NCBI GenBank assembly: GCA_946409515.1
Contig: CAMJWS010000001.1
Coordinates: forward strand, 318,824-382,823
Direction of reading: 5' to 3'
DNA from: an uncultured Bacillales bacterium
GTDB taxonomy: Bacteria > Bacillota_I > Bacilli_A > RFN20 > CAG-826
Length of the DNA: 64,000 bases
Shown here in pieces: positions 58,051 to 64,000 of the stretch. Position 1 is the stretch's first letter. Each line of letters opens with the position of its first letter. Both the position numbers and the translations under genes were made by a program. The notes under the pieces were generated by a model. The model was not told the origin of the DNA, searched no databases, and was given only the letters and a program-made list of their open reading frames with translations.

Positions 58051-58781
58051 AATCTATGCATCCATTCTTTAATTACTTTAACAACTTCATATTCATTATC
58101 TTCATCAAGTTGACCACTACCGTGGCAGTGTTCACCTTTTAAGATTTGTAGTTCTACATCTGCTTCTTTATTAAATGTCTTAATTGAAGACATCAGTAAC
58201 TTATTTTGTTCTAATCTATTTGGTAAATCACATTCATAAGTTAATAGTAAGAGATGTGAAAAATCAGTATCTTTATTCACATAGTATAAAGGGGCAGCTT
58301 CATCCACTCGTTGGAGTAATGGATCTAAGCCTCTTTCATATTTAAGAATATTGAAGTGCGTTGTTGGTTGACCAGCATCACTAATCCAACCAACGATTTC
58401 TTTATTATCAATACCAACTTCTTTTAAGTATTCTTTGTTTAAACAAAGCATTAAGGTGAGATACGCTCCAGCGGATTGTCCACTGACTAAGATACCTTTA
58501 CATCTACCATATCTAGAGATGTTGTCTCTAATATAACGAACCGCCATCGCGGCGTCCTTAACACATTCTGGAAATTTCTTTTCGGTTAATAAACTATAGT
58601 TCGCAGTAGCGACCGCGAAGCCTAACTTAGTTAGATGTCTAACAAAGTCATGTGTGTCGCCTTTATCGCCTTCCACTAAACCACCACCATGAAAATAGAC
58701 TATCGCAAAGAACTCATCTTGTTCTGGTAAGAATAAGTCCATATATAAGTCTTTATGGAAATTAAGATTTTTATCTTCCAT
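58047..58781 (-). CDS. Alpha/beta-hydrolase-fold esterase/lipase
   Basis: HGGGL oxyanion motif and GQSAGA nucleophile elbow. Confidence 0.75.
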   Translation of the reverse strand: MEDKNLNFHKDLYMDLFLPEQDEFFAIVYFHGGGLVEGDKGDTHDFVRHLTKLGFAVATANYSLLTEKKFPECVKDAAMAVRYIRDNISRYGRCKGILVSGQSAGAYLTLMLCLNKEYLKEVGIDNKEIVGWISDAGQPTTHFNILKYERGLDPLLQRVDEAAPLYYVNKDTDFSHLLLLTYECDLPNRLEQNKLLMSSIKTFNKEADVELQILKGEHCHGSGQLDEDNEYEVVKVIKEWMHRL

Positions 58782-58782
58782 C

Positions 58783-59688
58783 TTATCTCACAGTGCTTAT
58801 CACCACTCTACCTTTACCTTTGATAAGACACTTCTTGCCATAAGGAAGGAAGAATGTATCGTATTGATTGGAATCAATATCATTCACTTTGCCCTTTCCT
58901 TCCAAGAAGGTAAAGGAGATAAATGCTTTTTTATTCGCATTAATCTCTAATTCATTATCAAAGTTAACTTCTTTAACGGTGAAATATTGATTATCAGCGA
59001 GTACTTCATTATTACTTTTAACAACTTTAAACTGACGATAATCGATGACGTCTAATGCCTTTTTGATATGTAGCTCTCTAGGATTACCAAATTGATCTAA
59101 ACGGTTATAGTCATATAAACGATAAGTAAGATTAGAGTTTTGTTGGATTTCAATTAATCTCACACCAGCGCCTATCGCATGGATTGTTCCTGGATTAATA
59201 ATAAATGTATCACCTGGTTTAACTTCGAAGAAGTTGAGGCAGTTTAAGATATTACCTTCTTTTAAGGCTTTTTCTATTTCTTCTTTTGAGTAGTCTTTAT
59301 TTAGACCAACATAAAGTCCACTGCCCTTATCCGCGGCAATAATATGCCACATCTCACTTTTACCAAATGATTGTTCATATTTCAAAGCGTAGTCATCACT
59401 AGGATGGACTTGGACTGATAAGTTCTCTTTCGCATCTATTAATTTTATTAATAATGGGAAATATGGAAATCTATCCATTACTGGACCGATATCTTCTTTA
59501 GTGAGAACATCCACGAGTCTTTTGCCTTGATCTTTGCCTGAGGCAATGATTGAGGAATCATTATCTCTGACGGATAATTCCCAGCACTCACTCACTCTAT
59601 CTGAAGATAGACCTTTATTAAAGTTCTTAAAATAGGTCCCACCCCAGATATAGTCTTTAACAATTGGATTAAGCTTAACTAGTTCCAT
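58783..59688 (-). CDS. manA: Mannose-6-phosphate isomerase, class I
   Basis: YIWGG, ECWELS and QVHPSD cupin/PMI motifs; 301 aa. Confidence 0.75.
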   Translation of the reverse strand: MELVKLNPIVKDYIWGGTYFKNFNKGLSSDRVSECWELSVRDNDSSIIASGKDQGKRLVDVLTKEDIGPVMDRFPYFPLLIKLIDAKENLSVQVHPSDDYALKYEQSFGKSEMWHIIAADKGSGLYVGLNKDYSKEEIEKALKEGNILNCLNFFEVKPGDTFIINPGTIHAIGAGVRLIEIQQNSNLTYRLYDYNRLDQFGNPRELHIKKALDVIDYRQFKVVKSNNEVLADNQYFTVKEVNFDNELEINANKKAFISFTFLEGKGKVNDIDSNQYDTFFLPYGKKCLIKGKGRVVISTVR

Positions 59689-59690
59689 AT

Positions 59691-61370
59691 TTATCTAATA
59701 AATCCCTCGAATAAGGCTTTTAATTCATCAACGCGTTTTTGACCATCCGCGAAGATATAAATCTTAAGCTTTGGTTCTGTACCACTTGGTCTAATCGTAA
59801 TTGTGGAATTATCTTTTAAGAAGAATTTCACCACATCACTCTTTGGTAAGTTGGTTGGTTCTTGTTTATTTGCGTAGTAGATATAACCGGCTTGGTAGTC
59901 ACCAATATGGTCAATATCTTTGACTTCTTGTTTCACTTTATCGTTTCTAAAGAATTCCATTAAGGATTTGATTTTATTCATACCCTCAACACCTGGGAAT
60001 TCATAAGTTAATAAAGCGGTCTTAAAGTCACCATATTTCTTATATAGTTCGTTTAATCTATCTAACATTGTTAAGCCTTGTTTCTTTAAGTGATTAGCGA
60101 CTTCACAAACAAGCATCACTGCATTAACTGCATCTTTATCTCTAACGTCAGTGTTAGTTAGATAACCACAAGACTCTTCAAAACCGAATAAATAGTCATT
60201 CTGAGCGTTTTTCTCTTCAAGGAAGAGTATTTGTTCGCCAATGTATTTAAAACCCGTTAGAACGTCGATTACGCGCACTTCATAGTCTTTTGCCATTAAC
60301 GCCGCCATATCGCTACTAACGATTGTTTTAACTAAGACTGGATTCTTAGGTAATTTGCCTTGTTCTTTCTTCGCGTTATATATCGCATCAAAAAGAATTA
60401 AGCCCACTTCATTACCAGTAAGGATATGTGGATTACCATGATCATTAACAACCACACCACATCTATCACTATCAGGGTCAGTAGCCACTAAGATATCAGC
60501 GTTCTCTTTTTGTAATTGTTCAATGCCTAACTTTAAGGCTTCATGAATCTCTGGATTAGGATATGGACATGTTGGGAAGTTACCATTTGGCATTTCTTGT
60601 TCTTTGACAATTGAGACATTATTAAAGCCATCTTGTTTTAAGATAGTCGTAACACAACGACGACCCGCTCCATTAAGAGGGGTATAAACAATATTTAAGT
60701 TTCTTTCTTCATTATAGATTGATTGCTTTTTAGTGCTTTCCATATAAGCATTAAAACAATCTTCATCAATGAGGATGATTTTATTTTCTTTCACTAATTT
60801 ATCAAAGTCACCCACTTTGACATCATTGAACATATCAATAGCGAGTATTTCTTCTAAGACCGCATTAGCGAGGTTATCAGTGCACTGGCATCCATCTGGA
60901 CCATACACTTTATAACCGTTATAAATCTTGGGATTATGAGAGGCTGTTACCACCACACCTGCGTCACATTTAAAATAACGTACAGCGAAAGATAAGGATG
61001 GGGTTGGCATAAGTTCTCTATATAAGTAGACCTTCACACCATTACTAGCAAGTGTAGATGCAGTCTCTTTAGCGAATTCATCACTATGGTTACGGCTATC
61101 ATATGCGATAGCGACACTTGGATTAGCTTTCTTTTTGTTTAAGTAATTAGCTAAACCTTGAGTGGCTCTTCTAATGATGAAGCGGTTCATTCTATTAGTG
61201 CCCACTTCCATCACGCCACGTAAGCCACCTGTACCAAAGGCTAGATCACGATAGAACCTATCTTTAATAAGTTCATCATTACCTTTAATCGCTAATAGTT
61301 CGGCTTTTTCTTCTTCGTTTAATAAAGTTGAATTAAGCCATGTTTCATATATCTTGCTGTAATCTCTCAT
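59691..61370 (-). CDS. Phosphoglucomutase/phosphomannomutase (alpha-D-phosphohexomutase)
   Basis: TASHNP active-site serine loop and DPDSDR metal-binding loop; 559 aa. Confidence 0.9.
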   Translation of the reverse strand: MRDYSKIYETWLNSTLLNEEEKAELLAIKGNDELIKDRFYRDLAFGTGGLRGVMEVGTNRMNRFIIRRATQGLANYLNKKKANPSVAIAYDSRNHSDEFAKETASTLASNGVKVYLYRELMPTPSLSFAVRYFKCDAGVVVTASHNPKIYNGYKVYGPDGCQCTDNLANAVLEEILAIDMFNDVKVGDFDKLVKENKIILIDEDCFNAYMESTKKQSIYNEERNLNIVYTPLNGAGRRCVTTILKQDGFNNVSIVKEQEMPNGNFPTCPYPNPEIHEALKLGIEQLQKENADILVATDPDSDRCGVVVNDHGNPHILTGNEVGLILFDAIYNAKKEQGKLPKNPVLVKTIVSSDMAALMAKDYEVRVIDVLTGFKYIGEQILFLEEKNAQNDYLFGFEESCGYLTNTDVRDKDAVNAVMLVCEVANHLKKQGLTMLDRLNELYKKYGDFKTALLTYEFPGVEGMNKIKSLMEFFRNDKVKQEVKDIDHIGDYQAGYIYYANKQEPTNLPKSDVVKFFLKDNSTITIRPSGTEPKLKIYIFADGQKRVDELKALFEGFIR

Positions 61371-61401
61371 AAAAATTCCTCACATTTAATAATATCATCA
61401 A

Positions 61402-63645
61402 TTATTTAATGGCTTTTAATTCAAAAGCGTCACTAGGAACATACATTTCAAATTTAGGCATCTTATAAACTGAGAAGTTATTTGGGACCACTAAGGAAGC
61501 ATATAGTCCACATCCTGGGATTTGGACATAGATTAATAACTTATCACCTAAGACATCTTCATCATAAGCACTGACTTTAATCTTATTAGGAGCTTTCATC
61601 TCTGGATTAGATAGTTTGTCATTATATTTAAGCATCTTTTTAGAGAAGATAGGCACTAATTTATCTTGCTTAAATGTGATTTCATATTGTCCATCAGCGT
61701 AGTTCTTATTGTTTGGATATGTAAGAGCAGCACCACCAACATTGATTTTCATCATGCCGTTAACGGTTTTAACTGTGGCAATACCTTCATTAGGATAAAC
61801 GATTTCACGGGAATTAATCTTATTATGGTCTTGGTCATATAATTTGATGCGGTTATATGGAAGATATAATTCCACTTCTTTACCAAGTTCAACCTTTTCC
61901 CCATTAGCGACCTTAATAGCGAAGTATCCTTCGACACCTTTTAAGGAGAAATAGACCGCTTGATAGTCAGTCTTTTGTTCAACGAATTCAAATTTGCCTT
62001 TTAAAGCGAGGGCTAATTTTTCTTCTGGATGAACATCAATCGCTTCCATTGGAACATAGATATCAACTTCTTCGCCTTCTTTGATATCTTTTCTAGCGAT
62101 ACCTCTAGCGAATAATGGTTGTTCTAAACCTTTAAGGACAAAGTTAACGTTCATTAAGTCATCTTTCGCGGTGACTTCTTTGACTGTTGCTTTTAATAGA
62201 TAAGCACCATCAACTTTCTCTAAAGAAATTTCATTGCCTTTAATAGCCATGACCATCTTTTCTTCAAAGACTTTGTCATAAAGGCTTGGAAGATGATTTC
62301 TATCAACTTCTAATTCTTGTTCACCGAGTTTAATGACGTTACGAGCGATATTGATTTCAAATTCATTTAATCTACTTGGTTTTGTTAAAGAGACATAGTC
62401 AGGTTTAATTGCTAATTTGATGTCTTTATCGCATGCAGCGTCTAATAAGTGATTAACAAAGTGTTTTTCTAAAACGACTTCTTGTTCGCCAACTTGCATT
62501 AAGTTGTTATTAATTCTCACTGGGATTTCATCTTCATGTGGGATGCCCATAATCGCTTTATGTGTTTCAGCGTCAAACATATAGGCATGATCCATATTGA
62601 ACGCCATATTGATTTCTTCATTCGCGTGAATCTTGCTATTGAATGGAATCTTAATGATGAATGGATCTTTTCTATTTTCCATCTTGCAGTAAAGGATGGA
62701 TTCATCGCCTAAGTGTTCCACAACTTCAATGAAGGCTTTTAAGTCACCTTCGTTTGGTCTGACGTGTTCTGGTCTAATACCTAATAAGACTTTTTGACCG
62801 ATATATTTCTTGTTTGCTAATTGTTTAGCTTTGATATCTGGGAAAGTAACAACCATATCATGTAAGCCATTTAATTTGGCTTTAAGGACTTTATCATCCA
62901 TAAATAGTTCTGCATCAATGATATTCATTTGTGGAGAACCTAAGAAGGTAGCGACGAATAAGTTACATGGGTCTTCAAATAAGGTGATAGGAGTATCAGC
63001 TTGTTGAATAAAGCCATCCTTCATAACAACGATACGATTGCCCATTGTCATCGCTTCTGTTTGGTCGTGAGTGACATAGATGAAAGTGGTTTCTAATTTT
63101 TCATGGAGTTTTGTAATTTCACTTCTCATAGAGACACGTAATTTCGCATCTAAGTTAGATAATGGTTCATCAAGTAAGAAGACCTTAGGATCTCTAACAA
63201 TAGTTCTACCTAAAGCCACACGTTGACGTTGACCACCAGAAAGCGCTTTTGGTTTTCTTGTTAATAATTCAGAGATTTCTAAGATTTCCGCAGCGGCACG
63301 CACTCTTCTATCGATTTCTTCTCTTGGCGTATGTCTGAGCTTTAAACCAAAGGCCATATTGTCATAAACAGTCATATGTGGATATAGAGCGTAGCTTTGG
63401 AAAACCATGGCGATATCTCTATTCTTTGGTTCAACTTCGTTCATGAGTTGTCCATCAATATATAATTGACCAGCGGTGATTTCTTCTAAACCGGCGATCA
63501 TTCTTAAAGTTGTGGATTTACCACATCCAGAAGGACCAACGAAAACGACGAACTCTTTGTCTTTGATTTCTAAGTCAAAGTCATTGACCGCGCGTACTCC
63601 TCCATCATAAACCTTATAAACGTGTCTAAGTGTTACATCTGCCAT
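61402..63645 (-). CDS. MalK/MsmK/UgpC-type sugar ABC transporter ATP-binding protein with an unusually long C-terminal extension (about 380 aa)
   Basis: Walker A (GPSGCGKST), Q-loop, LSGGQRQRVALGRT signature and Walker B (LLDEPLSNLD) lie in the first about 240 aa. The total is 747 aa, against about 370 for typical MalK. Confidence 0.8.
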   Translation of the reverse strand: MADVTLRHVYKVYDGGVRAVNDFDLEIKDKEFVVFVGPSGCGKSTTLRMIAGLEEITAGQLYIDGQLMNEVEPKNRDIAMVFQSYALYPHMTVYDNMAFGLKLRHTPREEIDRRVRAAAEILEISELLTRKPKALSGGQRQRVALGRTIVRDPKVFLLDEPLSNLDAKLRVSMRSEITKLHEKLETTFIYVTHDQTEAMTMGNRIVVMKDGFIQQADTPITLFEDPCNLFVATFLGSPQMNIIDAELFMDDKVLKAKLNGLHDMVVTFPDIKAKQLANKKYIGQKVLLGIRPEHVRPNEGDLKAFIEVVEHLGDESILYCKMENRKDPFIIKIPFNSKIHANEEINMAFNMDHAYMFDAETHKAIMGIPHEDEIPVRINNNLMQVGEQEVVLEKHFVNHLLDAACDKDIKLAIKPDYVSLTKPSRLNEFEINIARNVIKLGEQELEVDRNHLPSLYDKVFEEKMVMAIKGNEISLEKVDGAYLLKATVKEVTAKDDLMNVNFVLKGLEQPLFARGIARKDIKEGEEVDIYVPMEAIDVHPEEKLALALKGKFEFVEQKTDYQAVYFSLKGVEGYFAIKVANGEKVELGKEVELYLPYNRIKLYDQDHNKINSREIVYPNEGIATVKTVNGMMKINVGGAALTYPNNKNYADGQYEITFKQDKLVPIFSKKMLKYNDKLSNPEMKAPNKIKVSAYDEDVLGDKLLIYVQIPGCGLYASLVVPNNFSVYKMPKFEMYVPSDAFELKAIK

Positions 63646-63648
63646 AAA

Positions 63649-63990
63649 TTAGGCCTCCTTGTCATCTTGACTTTCTTTATATAAACCCTTACCGACCATG
63701 TGAGGGTAATGTTCTTTGTTAATATATTTATCAAACCCATAATGGGATATCAGTGTGTATAAGATAATAACCACACTATTGAAGATAGCGAATAATAATA
63801 AACCGACAGTTAAGGTAATTAAGTTAAATAAACCTAAGACCACGACTGTTCCTGTACTTAATAAGTAAATAAGCAATATTCTCCAGTTAAGTAATCCTAA
63901 GAAGGAGAATGAATTTCTTAATGTGACTCCATAGCCATTTTCATAATAGACACACTGTGTGAAATTAAGCACAACGACCATACCAAACAA
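63649..63990 (-). CDS. Small membrane protein
   Basis: 113 aa; 3 TM. Confidence 0.35.
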   Translation of the reverse strand: MFGMVVVLNFTQCVYYENGYGVTLRNSFSFLGLLNWRILLIYLLSTGTVVVLGLFNLITLTVGLLLFAIFNSVVIILYTLISHYGFDKYINKEHYPHMVGKGLYKESQDDKEA

Positions 63991-64000
63991 TAAGAAGAAT

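Overview
AT-rich (about 30% GC by eye) low-GC Firmicutes / Erysipelotrichia- or Mollicutes-related chromosomal segment, standard genetic code, almost entirely transcribed on the minus strand.

Main content, by position:
(1) 1-15623: one large cell-surface glycopolymer operon on the minus strand. It is headed by a NusG-paralog antiterminator and runs through a membrane 4,6-dehydratase (CapD/PglF-like), two tandem Wzz-like co-polymerases, a DegT aminotransferase, a priming sugar-phosphate transferase, six GT2 glycosyltransferases, a Wzy/EpsG-like polymerase, a Wzx flippase and a LicD-family transferase, which is truncated at the window edge.
(2) 16113-19537: dxs-ispH-uppS operon supplying the undecaprenyl carrier, followed by VanZ-like, D-lactate dehydrogenase, ZupT and acyltransferase genes.
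(3) 23406-24420: an ORF-free, conspicuously GC-rich block of about 1 kb made of three diverged repeat modules of about 300 nt. Each module carries a conserved hairpin with a 13-nt loop, and the stems show compensatory substitutions. This is a candidate large or tandem structured ncRNA of unrecognised class. It is followed by an extremely AT-rich, T-tract-phased region.
(4) 25100-28787: an OmpR-type two-component system and cardiolipin synthase.
(5) 31596-35121: a heterodimeric ABC exporter pair.
(6) 35188-37224: an unusual triple-fusion protein with HTH_XRE, pyridoxal kinase and cysteine synthase CysK domains.
(7) 37790-43433: an atypical partner-switching-like module. It comprises a membrane PP2C(SpoIIE)-HATPase fusion plus two paralogous STAS domains fused to APH/protein-kinase-like domains, interrupted by an RHH (RelB/DinJ-like) gene and a lipoprotein gene.
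(8) 49338-51301: an ECF-type sigma factor translationally coupled to a membrane-anchored serpin.
(9) 51315-63645: housekeeping and sugar-metabolism genes (HAD phosphatase, amidohydrolase, esterases, ManA, phosphohexomutase, a MalK-like ATPase with a long C-terminal extension). Two small cassette-like insertions in this stretch are flanked by imperfect direct repeats that duplicate neighbouring gene ends.

No rRNA, tRNA, CRISPR array or recognisable transposase was found.
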